A stretch of DNA of 64,000 bases from Ancylonema sp. (GCA_050230475.1 JBFLGF010000109.1:1-64000); one strand, 5' to 3'. Counted from the first letter of the stretch, positions 11,260 to 25,444 are shown. Notes: a model not told the origin generated them from the letters alone. Program-made: numbers and translations.

Positions 11260-13920
11260 TTCGTGCGTTAATGTGTGAAACACTACTTGACGCCGAGGGC
11301 GAGTCGAAAATTACTATCTATAATAGAAAGTCCGTAAAGAATAATCGATGGTAAACAAAGTATTTTGGTGCAGAACACTAAAATCGACATCCGAAAGATA
11401 AAATTTCGAGTAAAAAGTTCGGTTGGCAGACGGTGCGTCAACAAACAGTTGGTGGTTAGTGTGGTGTGTTGGTTCAGTTAGAACGTCAACAATTGGTTGC
11501 GCGTCTCTATCTTGCTGGCTCGGTACGAGCGTCAGCAAATCGATGGAGATCGACAAAGTAGTTTTGGCGTAGTTTGAGAGTTAGCAAAGGAATACAATGA
11601 TATCGCGGGCTCAGTAAGAGCGTAAACACAAAGATATGACAGTAAACGATTAAGTTTACAGGCTAGCTCACTAAGAGCGTTAGCAAAGCAACACAACTAA
11701 TCACGACAAGTTGCGAGGGACACTTCGGTCAACTTACACATTTCGTCGACGCCTGTCGAGCGAACAATGGTAGACAAGTAACGATTGATGGGGCAAGATC
11801 TGGCGTCACCCTCGAGCTACACAATTCAAATAATACACTTAAATGATTTTTTGAAATATTTCTGAAATTTTATTGACTGCGCAATCTGGTAGCGACGGTA
11901 GGCATATCTATTATAGTTTAAGTCTTTATGCTGCGCGATGCTAATCGGCAGACCAACAAAGTTGATCGACATGGTTATATCGACATGTAGTACTGTAGAA
12001 TGTTATATTCCATTTTGACGCTACAAAAGTAGCGCCAATTATTATACGGCTGGATTTTATCGCCGGGATAATATTGACAAGTCAGAATCAACATCGTCGA
12101 TAACAAACTTGCGCAAAGCGCTCACAAATCATTACGCAGTTTAAACTATACGACTGTTGGATATTACATTCGGAAATTACGCCACGCGTTATTTTCGAGT
12201 TGACAATTTTTGCGAAGTAATGACTCTAACTTCACATTAAAAATCTCGGTCATTTTGAATAGTCGCTATTCTTGGTGTATCGAATTGGTATTTTTATAGA
12301 GGGGTCTTCATATTAAAATATAGGGATTTCTACTTAACGGTCTCTAGCATCATGACATGTGACGTGCGGTTTGGAGTCGGTTGTTCTTCAGGATGGTTAT
12401 TTGTTGTAAAATAGGATTATCTCGCCGTAATGGTTGTCTTCTTGTCGTAGATGTTTTGTTGATACTTGTATTTGATGACTTGCTTCGTCGGTGTAAGTCT
12501 TAGTCGGTCTTGGTCTTGATGTTGTTCATAGTCTTCTAGGGCTATGCTGCTCACACGTCTACTTCGTCATCTTGAAAGCTAAGACTACATGGAGAGATGC
12601 TCGCGATTTGCTCCCAGATACGTCGTTATATGTACTTTGAAGGTCGGATTTGAGTGATCCTGAGTATCTGAGGTTGAGTCTTGACATCCAGAGTTCCTTT
12701 GGTTTGCCGTTTGACATAGAAAAATTGTGTGCGATGAAAGCGTGGTTTACCTCTAGCCCAGTTTCCAATGTGTACTCGAAAATATTCGTGTCTTTTCCTC
12801 TGTTGTGCTATCGCGAGGTTGCGCATAGAGAGGGGCATGACTTCATCAAATAGTTCGCTACGGTCCTGGATAAATTGTGGTGGCTCTTTTAGAGCTTCTG
12901 GTAATGGGTCGTGTTTTGCTTGTTGAATTTGTGTCTGGAAGATTGGATGTCTGCCATAGAGTAAGTAGTAAGGAGAGTACCCTGTGGATGCTTGCTTGGT
13001 TATACGATAGCCCATTGCCACATATGGTAAGTAAAAGTCCCAGTTTGTGCGGTGTTCTTTGAGCAGTATTTTGCGAAGAGAAAGCTTCATGGTTTGTACC
13101 ATACGTTTCGCTAATCCATATTTTTGTGGATGTTCGCGTGCTGGAGTGCGGTGTGTGATGTTGTGTTTTACGACGAGTGAATGAACCTTCAAAATTTTCC
13201 CCCTGATCGGTGAGGATTTTCCCTGGTGCACCATATCGAGAGAGAGCATGATATAGTAAGGCGTTGGCTGCGGATTTAGAGGATTTATCCTTGAGAGGTA
13301 TGAGTTCCCCCCATTTGGTGAAATGCTCTATGCAGATCATAACGTAGTGTTGCCATTAGTTGATGTTGGTAATGGTCCTGCGAAGTCCGCACCCCATCGG
13401 TATTTGGAGTTGTGTTCTTCCTTCAACGAAGGTCCCTTTGGCTCGTGATCAGTTCACACAATCTTTGATACATTGAATGACTTGGTCACCCATGCCGTGT
13501 CACCAGTAGTCTTGTTGAAGAGCATGAAGTACTCGTTTGACACCAAAATATCCATAGCGTGCGTGCATGGTGTTTATCAAAGGTAATCGCTCTGGTGGTG
13601 GTTTACATATCTTCGTATGACGTGTAGCTAGTATTTTGTAAACGTATCTGCCCATTTAGCGGTATTTGAGTGCTCGGCGGTATGCGCAATCTTTTTGCTG
13701 TTGGTTTAGGTTATGTAGATATTGATGGGTCGTAAGTAAAGGCATGGTAACTTTATCATCCCATATATCCATGTTGTGGTCTTCAGGGTGTGGTGTATCG
13801 TGATGATAGCTGAGGTAGTGTGATGGTGGTACATGAATGTTAGGTGATGTTTGGAGAAAACAACTTGGTGTTTCCTCTCCTTGATGTTTCAATCTAATGG
13901 TTGTCTGAGGTGGTTTTATG
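11260..13920 (-). mobile_element. Truncated Ty3/Gypsy element: 3' LTR (to 12357) plus a decayed integrase
   Basis: Frameshifted integrase (CIEHFTKWGELIPL, YGAPGKILTDQGENF, HPQKYGLAKRMVQT, TGYSPYYLLYGR) and an upstream DIWDD...RRALKYR segment. The LTR terminus tctctagcatcatgaca (12341-12357) matches the LTR ends at 26968 and 36705 and the LTR start at 60833. The left boundary is approximate. Confidence 0.8.
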
Positions 13921-15635
13921 TGGTTTTAGGCTGCCTCGTTCCTTAGCAGTTGTCTGCCTCCACATCTGTCAAGCAAAGGATTCGTAGTGGAAATTGTCAA
14001 ATGTCAGGTGGCGAGCCCGTTGATGCTTTCCGGAGTCCGTTTTCCGCCACGGCGGAGGTGGCCTCATCGGAACCACCCCAAGAGGAGAATGCAAATTTGG
14101 GTGTTACAGAAGGCGATCAAGAATCGCATGTGTCCCCCTTAGTCGTCGAAGACCAAGAAGGCTTTTATGTTGTGGTGAACGAGTTGTTTCATGAGCTTGA
14201 GTTGGAAGGGTTAGAAGACGTAGTTGCCCAAACAAGCGTCCCGAATGTTTCACAAGTGATTAGGAAGACGCAGTTGTCAAAAATATTTGGGCCGCTGTCA
14301 TTCTTGAGTGACAAAAATGTGGACACAGCATAGGGACAAGAGCACGAGGGTAAACTGTTTGTATAGCCTTCAACTCGTTCATCGTCCAAGCGAATGCCTT
14401 TTGTGGTTTGAGAGTCGTTGTTTGGGGAGCCAAAGTCTATCGATTATTAGGAAAATGCCTTTGTGGGGTCTTTCTATGCACTCGAGAACGAGGGTGTATG
14501 GGCTTGCAAGATGGTCTATTACATTTATAATGAAAATTAAACGTCAATTTCATGAGTTTCTTTTAAGTTTAGACTCGTCTTATGAAGACTGATATTCATT
14601 TGCTTCTTAGGATGAGATAGTTTCCTCACAGCAAGAGTATTTTTGATGTCCTTTCAATCATGGTCTACGAACATTATGATGCCTTGTACCACTAGTTATC
14701 TACATCATGAAATCGCTCCATGAAATAGTGGTTATGGTTACGTAATGTCGTCATCGTTTTCCTTAGACATGTATGTGCATCAAAATAAAAAAGATGTATC
14801 AAGAGATATTGTACAATGACATCTAGCACGAGCTAAACACACATCAAGGACCAACTCAAAAATCAACATATATGCTTTTGTGTGTTTTTTTTTTTTTTTT
14901 TTTTTTCATAATTGATTGTTTTTAAGGTCGCCAATGAAGTCACTGATATGATTTGGCTCCGAAAACACCTATTTCGTGGATTATTAAGAAACTTAAGGTT
15001 TTTTATATTTTTAGTTTTTAGGGTTCTTCATGGACCGGGGGGGTTTTAAAGCCTTAAAAACCAAACCCTACGAGAATTAGTCGCCGGGCCAATAACCTGT
15101 CTTAATTGACATTTTTTCCCGGTCCCGCCCTTGGGCGAGTGTAATTATCAACAAACCTCTCAAACGTAATAACTAATATTTTTTCTCGGTCCCGCCTATA
15201 TGCTATTTAACGTGCTAATTAATAATGTACGGCATCCGTGCATATTCGTACAAAACTCTGAACGGATTAGGGTTAGAAAATGTGGGAGAGGGGGTGAAAA
15301 TAAAAAAAACGACAAAAATACCGGATGATAAAATAAAAATTCGAATTCTGAAAAAACAATGGTTACTTTGTAGAGTTATGTTGTGTACAATTATGGAGGG
15401 TTGGCTCGTGTTTAGAACTACGTTTATATCATTATAATCATGATTATGACTGTGTGAATGTACACGTTTGGGTTGATTCCGACATGGATATCAATCTCTT
15501 GCCCCTCGTATCTACATAGAAACTGGTTTCGGGTCATTTGGAACCGATCCTATCTTAGGTAATAACTTGTCTAAATTAATAATACTTTCCGGTCCCAACA
15601 TTATTAATCAAGATGATCCCTACATCCTTGCGGAT

Positions 15636-16130
15636 AATAGTTGGCTCCGCCCCTTGGCACCGCCCGGGGCAGAAAACATTCCGCCCGGGGCGAGGCCATT
15701 GAAGTTTTTAAGGATTTTGGTAAAAGAATCCCAAGACCACGTGGATCATGTATACTATTAAAAAAACCAAATCCGACGACTATTCGAGATTTTATAACAC
15801 GAAGTACGATTGCGAGCTTTACCCGGGTAATATTCTTTTCTATATATCAAGTTTTGTTTTTTATATTTTTAGTTTTATCCCATTATACCACGCCACGCCA
15901 CGGAGCCTGACTCATGAATGACATAAGATGATGTCGGACGTGTAGCCTATGGTACGCCATACACTACGCAAGAAGTCATTTTGAACAAACCGACCATATC
16001 TCCGCATTGCGACAAAAAAAAAAAAATTGGTATTCAGGTCTATGGTATCGCCCCGAAAATTTCGCCCCGTACTCAGTCCGAGCGGCGCTTCGGGCGAAAA
16101 AAATCCCCGCCCGGGGCGAGGCCAACTATG
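15636..16130. mobile_element. MITE-like element with (C)ATAGTTGGC terminal inverted repeats
   Basis: atagttggc at 15637 and gccaactatg at 16121-16130, with subterminal ccgcccggggc repeats. No TSD seen. Confidence 0.6.
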
Positions 16131-16131
16131 G

Positions 16132-17035
16132 TAGTGATCGGGGAGCTCGCGAGCCCGCAAGCCCGTGAGCCCGCGGGCTCCGAGCCCGTGATCCTTATTT
16201 TGTTCGCCTCCGGGCTCCGCCTGGCTCGCCGCACGGGCTCCAACGGGCTCGGACGGGCTCCGACGGGCTCAAACGTGCTCCGACGGGCTCGTGTTGACTC
16301 ACTTTTTGGTTGGAATATTATTTGCAGATTCGATAGTGCGACAGTCGTTCGAAAGCGTTCGAACGCCCGTAATATTACCCCGGAAAACCAAAAAAAAAAA
16401 CATAGAAACCCATTGCAGACAAGTATGTTGGTTTTTTTTTAAACGTAATGTGTTGAACTCGAATGTGTTTGTATGCATATTGCGGTTCATTGAGATAAAA
16501 TACCTTGGTGTGAATCTCATATCGTTAGACTCCCCTACCATAACATGTTTTCTAAGTAATAGTGGATGTAAAACCTTCAGGTATCTCGTCTATATACTCT
16601 TGTTGAGGTGCTCGTGTGTGTGTGCGGAAATGCACGATTTTGTTTAATACACTAACAAACCATGAAGGATGTGTCGCATATGAAACATCATGATTTCACT
16701 GCATGACTTGCACATGTGAATTAGTTCAAACAAATTACACATGTTGCTATGCAAACATTCATATGAACCAAGTAAGGGACGTCGATTTTTTTTTTTTTTT
16801 TTTTTTTTTGGGTCGGAAATGATCGATTGATGCTCGAAAAATCAGAGCCCGTTCCTTTCCCTCGGAAGTCCAAGGAGCCCGCGAGCCCGTTTTGAGCTCG
16901 TCTGGCTTCAAAAGCTCGTTGATCCCGACGAGCTCGTCTGGGCTCGTAAATACGAGCCCGTTTAAGGAGCCAGTCAGGCTCGCGAGCCCGGATCCAGAGC
17001 CCCGGGGTTCTGGAAGCGGGCTCTCCCCGTTCCTA
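16132..17035. mobile_element. hAT/Ds-like non-autonomous element
   Basis: Imperfect TIRs tagtgatcgggga and tccccgttccta, inversely oriented subterminal cgggctc/gagcccg clusters and an AT-rich middle. No TSD seen. Confidence 0.55.
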
Positions 17036-18414
17036 GGACCCGGGCCTCCCGGGTCCTGTCCTCCAACAAGAATCTGTACGCTTCCTGCACGAGCACAGAT
17101 GACCTGATGACGCCTCACATGCTTAAGAATGCCAATGAGGCACCTCAGAAGCATTGTTCGGAATTTCCATTGGCTATGCAAGATTTGAGGACGATGCGCC
17201 CGGATTCCATCTGCATACGACCAATCAGATTTGGTTTGCTTTTTGTTCAAACAAATCGGTGTGCCTTGGTGTGGCAGAGCACGCACACGTGCGTCCTCGT
17301 AGGGTTTTATCGTGATAGGTCGTGATATCTAGCCGGCTCCCACGTGTGCAAGCCATGATTTCTAACCGTGTTTTTGTATCCAGCTGATCCGCAGTCTCCA
17401 GATGGCTCCATCTGGTAAGCCCATCCCAAATCCACTGATGTTATGCCACGCTAGGACATAGACGAACGTCCGTGCCGAGTCGAAGTTGTTCAACACGCTT
17501 ACGCGAATCGCTCTACGCCGGTGCCGATGATTCAACAGGATGTACAATTACAACAGGGATGATGTCATGCATGATTGCATTTTGGATATTGGCTAATGAA
17601 TACGCGCCACGCACCTATCCACCTGATCCTCCAGATTCTGCCACCTACCCACACAACGTGCGGTTTTCCGGATTTTCGTCCTCCCAGTGGGGGGTTTTTT
17701 TGGTACTTCTTTGCAGTAGGTAATGCCCAGCACACCTATCGCCTATCATCTTCTAACATCGAGCTGCGGTTGGGGCAATCGGCCCGCGTCTCTACAGCAG
17801 AGTTCTTCCTACATACGCCCTACCTACTCCACTTCCTGCTCTTTTTTTTTTTCGTATAACCGCCGTTTTGGGCTCTATCCTGCATCGTGACATTGACAGC
17901 AGCACAAACCCCATCTGGCTACATATTTGGTGAGTCATATTCCAGACGCATGAGCCTTCAATTTATCGCCACCCTGATCGCGAATTGGTCGAACAGCCGC
18001 AAAGAAGGCCACGGATGGGCGCGATATCAGTCGCCCCTTTTGAATGAATGACGCCCTTTTGCCGCGAAGTAATGGCCGCCTGTGATGGTCGTCGAGCATT
18101 TGTGAAAAGTGTAATGCCCATATTGCGAGGACACGCTATCTTCCCACTGCTTCGTTCTTCTCAAGATCACTTGGACTGTTACACGTCTGAGTGTCGGAAT
18201 TGACGACACCTAGATGTCCGTTAATTCGACGCCTATTGACAGCTGTTCATGTTTCCTGACAGGTTTGTACGGTTGTACATCGCTCAGTGCTCCATCACGC
18301 AGCCTTGGGCTGTTCATGCCGCCGGTTCGACCCTCGCTTAAACCAGATCTGCACTATCTTTCGAAGCTGTAGAAACAGTCGCTATCCTTTGTAAACGAAG
18401 CCACTCCCGTCTAA

Positions 18415-20222
18415 ATGGCGGTGCAAGCCGAGCGATCCAGCAGCGAGGCCAGTGACGACATTCATGCCACAGGGCGCAATCACTCCGACGAGATGGCGCA
18501 GGCGTGCAGCCAAGATGAGATCCGGGGCGGGAGTGCGGGTCCCGAGCGACGAGCAGCGAGCAACTCAGAAGGCAAAGGGCTCGGCAAGAGGGGGGGAACA
18601 TCACAGAGGGCTCCCACGGAGAGGGAACGAGAAAACAATAAGCGGAGAGAGAGGAATAGACGAGCCATCGCGGCGAAGATCTTTGCAGGATTGAGGACGT
18701 TTGGGAACTACAAGTTGCCAAAGGTCAGAATGACGCATCCTTCCCATACCCTCAACATGACCATGTATACAGATGCTTTAGGGTAGATATGATTGTACTA
18801 TCCCGATCTAGGTTTTAGGGAGTGTTGGTGTGCTTTTACCCTCAGAAAGTAGTATTCGTTGGGGACTTTTATTTTGCAGGAAGGAGCACTTTCAGAATTT
18901 CCGAGGTCTGACAGCTGGCACGCATGTTGTTGTGTTCCCTTGTTGTCCAGCACTGTGAGAAAAACGAGCTGTTGCGCGCGCTGTGTGCCGAGACTGGGTG
19001 GACTGTGGAGGAGGATGGGACGACGTACAAGGTACGCTCGATGATACTTCTTTACTTTTCTTTACTTTCTTTCTTGGCTGTAATGCAATAGTACTCGTCT
19101 GCAAGATTTCTCGTTTAGTATGCTTGCATGTTCATAGGTCGACAGGGCAGCAAAAACCGTTCACATCGATCCACAAGCAATATTATCCGCTCCATATTGC
19201 AAGTACGTAGCCGTGTCGCACTCTCTCTGGACATAACCATGTCTCTTTTATAACCATAAACATAACCGTACCCTAGAACCTCATAAGCCCGTTATCGCCA
19301 TGACCCATCGGGACTCCTGTCCGGCATCACCCAATCCCACGCCGCCGTGCCCACCACTCATCCCCCAACCAACTGTCGTGTGCAGCAGGCGGGCCACGTC
19401 CATCTAGCAGCAGCATCCGCGGGTACCCATGGTGGACATTCTGCTATGTACCACCCCCACCAGACTGCTCCCCTCCACTGGCGCCACCCCGTCCCCCAAT
19501 TTTCTCACGAGGGGGAACACATGCCCCCCACCCACTCCCCTCTTTACCTCGGGCACGCGCATCAAGACATGAACATGCATCATGCCCCTCCTTCGCACAT
19601 GCTGCACCGTCACCCGGATCCCGTCTACTCCTCTGTAGGATCAAATCCGGCCGTCAAAACGGAGCGGGAAACCGCGATGCACCCCACAAACTTTGTGCCG
19701 CTGAGTCCCGGACTGGGTCAGTTTCCGGGTATCGACCCAGGTCCGGTTCCGGGTATCGAACGCAGACCGGTTCCAGTTTTGGGTGGATCGGATCAAGTAA
19801 TGCCTGCGCATGATGGGGGGGCGTACCGTTGGTGCCAGCCTCACAAAGGGGAGGCGGTTGGGGTGAACAATGGAGTCTATAGGCTTGACCAGGGTCGGAT
19901 GGTGAAGGCAGAAGAGGGTATGGAGGGTGGGGAACAGAGCTGGGGGGTTGTCCGTCCGCAACCCTATGGTGAATCCGTACAAAGGGTGGCTCCGAGTTCG
20001 GGCAGCGGTCCAGTTTTCCCGGTGAAGAGGGGATTCGAGGATGGCGTTGGGCGGTGGGATGCTCGGTGTGGGAGGGATGGTGGTTTCGATGGAAGAGGGA
20101 GTTTTGGGAGTGGGAGCGCTCAACGCCAGAAGGTTGCCACGAGTTGGGAAGTGGAGGGATCTTCAACGATGAGGCGGGAGGTGCCAAACTGGGATTTGGA
20201 GTTGTCCCTTGGAGTAAAATAG
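18415..20222 (+). CDS. BZR1: BES1/BZR1-family transcription factor; 3 coding exons
   Basis: Exons 18415-18723, 18951-19031 and 19386/19389-20222 (NAGNAG acceptor). The BES1_N domain reads [64 protein letters not shown], and the C-terminal EAR motif is DLELSLG. A probable 5' UTR intron lies at 17930-18262. The symbol denotes the family, not strict orthology. Confidence 0.93.
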
Positions 20223-20994
20223 GCGAGAGACTAACTGCTTCTCTTGGTGTTATTAACAAGCTGCGTAGGAGAGGATGGTAGAGTGTGCGTACATAAGGAT
20301 GTATTGCGCTTCTTTTTCTTTCATTGGTTTTTTTCCAAGTCTACGAACGGAAATTTTGTCCGCCCTACCTCAAGCATAGGGTGACGTCTTTGTAGTGGAA
20401 GTTGTTCAAGGTCCATCGCGAACATTTTTTGCGTTAGAGTTTGCAACCCGCGGGTTGATAGGTGTACTTGTCTGTGAGAAAACTAAAATATTGAATATTT
20501 GTTAGGACATGGCGTCTGTACGTCATTAGAGCTTAAATTTGTACACTAACTCTCTTCACTTTGTAAACCCATTATCACTTACACAAGAAGTATAAATAAT
20601 TAGCTCCAATAGTTAGCTGCCAATCCTTGTGATGTAGGCACCCATCTTTATGCTAGTTTACTATGATTCTTATTTGGGGTCTCAAGTATTGTGGCTTCCT
20701 TTGTGGCTTTATGTTGGTAGTATTGGACCATGTGCAAGACACTCATTTTATCTTTGTCCCCATACGTGGCAACTCCATCGCCCCTCTTGCTCGTTCTCTG
20801 GGTTTTTTTCCTTCCTATTTTTTTTGTTTTTGATGTTTGTTTGTGATGTATTATTGTAGAGTTTCACTGCTTCCAATATCAGTATGTAATTTTTTTGGCA
20901 TCGTCTCTCATACTGTAAGAAATGTTGGCATTAGGTACTTCTGCCGTGCCAGAGGGAGTCAGCAGCCAGCTTGTCGACGAAATTTCACAAAAAC

Positions 20995-23900
20995 AAGAGT
21001 AGACTTGCATGCAAGATCCTGTAATCAGACTTTCTATCTCAAGCTTGCACTTTTGCTGTGTTAATGCTTGTAATGTCGTGATCGATTGATTAATGAGTTT
21101 ATTAAGAGTTGAACTTTATTATTGCAAAGATGGCAGAAAAAAAATCGCACGCGGGATGCGTCCGGGACGCGTCCGGGCTCGGTCGCGTCCGGGACGCGTC
21201 CGGAGATCCCCGGACGGTCCGGGACGTAACTATGGTCAGTAGGGACTCAACCTACACCAATCTACTCTAGTGAGATCCAGATGATGACCCAAGGCCCAAT
21301 CCTGCTGTTGCTCACCCAGACACGCAACCAAGTCATCAACCATCATCCGTCATTTTCATCGACGAAGAAAAATATAAAAAGTCAAGTTTTGTAGATTTTC
21401 CCAGAATCTGTCGATTTCTACAGTTGAGTGTGATCGACATAATGTCTAAGTCAACATATCGAAACTATCTGAGTCAACACCAATCACAACTAAGCATTAT
21501 ACCACATCCAAGCAAACTCCCCATAGCTGACTTATATCCCACTCCTTCTAAGCCTGCAGCCTCATCCAGATCTCCCATATTTGCATAAAACTTCACTCCC
21601 ATCTATAGAGGGGTGGCTGCTGAGTTGTAGTCCTCCATGCCAAACTTGCTCGGCAACTCTTTGCCGTACTTCTCGTGGCATAAGAACACATTGCCATTTG
21701 GCTGACGTATGATCTCCAGCCCTAGCAGAAACTTCGCCTCACCCAAATCTTTCGTGTTGTATCGTGCATTCAGCCCTCCTTTCACCCCAAATATTTTCTC
21801 CAATAGTACACACAACAAAAAAATATCGTCGACATACAGCGCGAGATACAAGGCATCATCTCCCTGTCCCAGAATATACAAACCAAACTCAGAAGCCAGT
21901 CAATGAAATTTTAGCTTTTTCAGCACGTCGTCAATGTGGTGGTTCCATCCCCTTGGTGCTTGTTTCAGATCATACAGACACCTGAGCAGCAGCCACACCA
22001 GATCCTCCTCTCCAGGTCTACACGTGCCATCTGGAGCCTCCATGTACACCTCTTCCTCTAGTGGTGCATACAGAAAAGCGGTGGTGACGTCCATCTGGTG
22101 CATGTGCATTCCCTTAGAAGCTCCCATTGCTACAAGTTGTTTGATGCTTTCAAAACGAACTGTCAGTGAGAATGTTTGATCATAATCATCTCCTTCGATT
22201 TGACTGAAACCCTTTGCAACTACCCTGCCCTTGTACTTATCCACAGTTCCATCTGCATCTGCGTTATATTTGACCCTGAAAACCCACTTTGACTTGACAA
22301 ATTTCTTTCCTTTTGGCCTAGGAACCAATCGATAGACTTGATTTTCTCGCAAGCTTCCCATTTCTTCTGCCATAGCTGCTTCCTAGTGAACTCTTTATGG
22401 ACTCTCAAGTGCTTCTCTCACAGATGTTGGAGTTTTCACTTCTCTTTCCAGGTTGGCAACAAACATTTGTTTGGAGGAGCACCTCTGTTTGGCTTGGAAG
22501 ATCGTCGAGGAAAAGAAGGATGATCTGAGGGCTCAGCATCGGTATCATCATCACCAGGTCCAAAAGGGTTTGTTGGAGTAGCATTGTCGGGGTACCATTC
22601 AGGGCCATCTTCCAAGACGTCTTGATCGCCATCACTCCCACTCGAATTGCTGACAAGATCTGGAAGTTCTTGATTCTGAAGAGGAACAGCTCCCAGAAGC
22701 GGAGGTTAGGGATTTCCCACAGCATCGGGGATCTGTTCATCGATAAAATTCAAATTTTCTTGAGCCTCTCGCCTACTTCCAGAATTGCCCCCTCCCACTC
22801 TGAGGCTACACTCTTGCAGATCTGGCCATTTCATGTTTGAAAATTCTTGGATATCATGGAGTTTTCCTTTCTTTCAACATTTTGTCCTCGCCACCAACCA
22901 GCTTTCACATCCTCATCAAAATCTGCATATGCAACTCCGACATTGTGAACTTTGTTTGACACAAGATCCTAGACTCGATGACATGGACTGTCACAGTTCT
23001 AGCCAGCCAGCACTCTCATCCACGCCAAAGCTCCCATTTTCCCTTCTCTTTCTTGCTTCTCAAGTCTGACATATACTTTGCAGCCAAACAAACGGAGATG
23101 ATTAATTCTTGGAACAACTCTGGGCCACAACTCCTTAGGTGGTTTGGAGAGACCACTGACTTGGCAACGATTTCGAAGGTAAGAAGCGAAGGAGATAGCT
23201 TCAGCCTAGAGTCCAGGAGGCACTTGCATGTGTTGCACCATCGATCTTGCTTTATCTTGCAGATTTCGATTCATTCTTTTTGTGATGGCATTCCCTTGAG
23301 GTGTGTTTGGTGGCGTTGTCTCATGTTTGACCCCTCTGCCTCCCAGCCATTTTTCGAAGTCACCATCGATGAACTCTCCACCTCGATCAGATCTCAGATT
23401 TTTAACTGGCTTCCCGGACTGTCTCTCCTGAATTGCAATCCACTGCTTGAGACGAGGGCCTGCATCATCTTTGTGTCGCAAAATCTCTACCCATGATTTT
23501 ATGCTGAACTCATCGACGATCACCATCTTGAAGTTTCCGCCCCCAATCGATGCAGGTTTGAATGGCCCTACCAGATCCACCGACACTCTTCCAAGACACA
23601 CTTGCTCTCCTGCACCTGCTTCTCGACGTGGATGAGGTTTGTCATGAGCTTTTCCCAGCTTGCAGCCCTCACAATTTTTCATGACCCCTGAAATTCCTCC
23701 CTCAAGTCCTCTCACAAGTTCATCTCGAAACAATTTTTTCAGCACCCTCTCGTTCGCATGCCCTAGTCTGGTGTGGAGTCGATTGTTGTCGATGGCAGCT
23801 ACAACAACTTCCCCTTCTATGCATTTTTTATGTCGAACTGGAGTGCAAATTAGACTTCTGCGACCTGTCGGTGTTTCCTGCAACGTGCAATCCTGCTTCC

Positions 23901-25444
23901 CAGATTTGTTGAAGACAGGAATTATGCCCCCGGCCTAGCCACTGCAGGTATACGACCAGCCTGCTTCCCTTGCTTTTTGCCCACTGAACATATTTTTTAT
24001 CATGCCTGGGATGTTAAGACATTTTTTTAGAGTCACTCCGCCACATTCTCCATCTGCATTGAGCTCGACTGTTCCCCATTGCTTGACACGAACACTACCG
24101 ACAAGGTGATGCATAATAACCTTATGCGACGACAACTTCACCATGTCCGCAGCAGTCATCTTCTTCGATCTCAGCTTCGCCAACAAAATCAGATTTCCGT
24201 GTGCGCACTCCCTGTCTTTGCATGCGTGGAGCTTCATTCTTTTTGTCGAAACAGGTAAACTCAACACGACCGATCGCTCCACAATAGTTCAACTCAACAT
24301 CTTTCTTCGTACAGTCTCGACTCTAGTGACCTGTTTCTCCACATGTGTAGCGTGAATGACCTCCACTAAATCCACTGCTACCACCTCGTCCTCCTTGACC
24401 ACCTCTGCTTCCACGGCTGCTTCCAAAATTTCCTATGCTTGCACCCCTTCCTCCTCGATTGTCGATGCCACCACCTCTGCCTCGACTATAGAAACTTTAT
24501 CGAGGTGACCACTTGGCATAGTTGGCTTCAGCAACTAGCGCTTTTGCTTCTTTAACCTCCAGCTCTTTCTTGTCATCTAGTTCGTCGACTCCCATCTGTG
24601 CCCAGATCCAGTCAATTCCGGGTGCCTCTTTCTGTCCATAGTAGAGCCGCTTTAGAAGTCCATACTTTGTTCTTGCCATCCCGGCAAACAGCGTCATCAC
24701 CTGGTCTTCCTTGCTGACCTTGTAATTTTGGTGTGTGCACTCTCGCAGGATCGACAGGAACTCCAACTTTATATCTCGAACTGACAACTTCTCATTCACT
24801 CTGAAAGAGTTCAGCTTCTCCTTGGCGAGTTGTCGAAGTTATGGAGTTACTTTGTCATATTCCTCCTTCAGGTAATTCCACATTGATTTGGGGTCTCTTT
24901 CGAACTGCTCTAGCACTGTAGCAATGTCTTCACTAACAAGTGACATGATCAGCATCACAACTTTCTTTGTCCTTTTTCAAAAACTCTTCAGATCTGCAGA
25001 GAACTGCTCCATTTCGGCTTCGTTTAGTGGCCAGTGCTCATCATCATATCTGGCAAACACTTCTTCTGGTGCCACCTCTGTGCCCTTGCAAATTTCAAGA
25101 CAGTCAGCATCGTCAAGGATCGCTAAGGCCTTGGATCGCCATGCTTGAAAATGGACTTTCTTTCCGTCCAGGATGCAGTATCTTGCTCTGATACCACTAT
25201 GAGAAATTTCTTCTGCCATCTTTGCAATAATAAAGTTCAACTCTTAATCAACTCATGAATCAATCGATCGCGACATTACAAACATTAACACAACAAAAAT
25301 GCAAGCTTGAGATAGAAAGTCTGATTACAGGATCTCGCATGCAAGTCCACTCTTAGTACAGTTGAGTGTGATCGACAGAACGTCTAAGTCAACATATCGA
25401 AACTATCTGAGTCAACACCAATCACAACTAAGCATTATGCCACA
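20995..25444 (-). mobile_element. Decayed Ty1/Copia LTR retrotransposon
   Basis: 5' LTR 25444-25200 (TG...CA) followed by the iMet PBS TGGTATCAGAGC (25197-25186). Order is gag, protease region, GAG-pre-integrase/integrase (LHTRLGH, LRSDRGGEF), then RT (KWVFRVK, HQMDVTTAFL, LYVDD). Many stops and no RNase H. The 3' LTR is split into 21506-21419 plus an inverted part at 20995-21138. Confidence 0.93.
21145..21234. mobile_element. One end of a CATAGTT-type TIR element with gtccggga repeats
   Basis: Tandem gcgtccgggac motifs ending gtaactatg; same motif family as 25717-25753 and 38535-38986. Confidence 0.55.

Noticed and set aside
11008..12555. 197-bp direct repeats as the LTRs of a TRIM
   Set aside because: The sequence between them is itself homologous to the long LTRs at 60833 and 25758, and the repeat begins with the LTR-adjacent internal motif, so it is better read as duplicated internal sequence.
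13950..14333. 127-aa acidic ORF next to the integrase remnant
   Set aside because: Non-ATG start, no recognisable domain and no gene structure.
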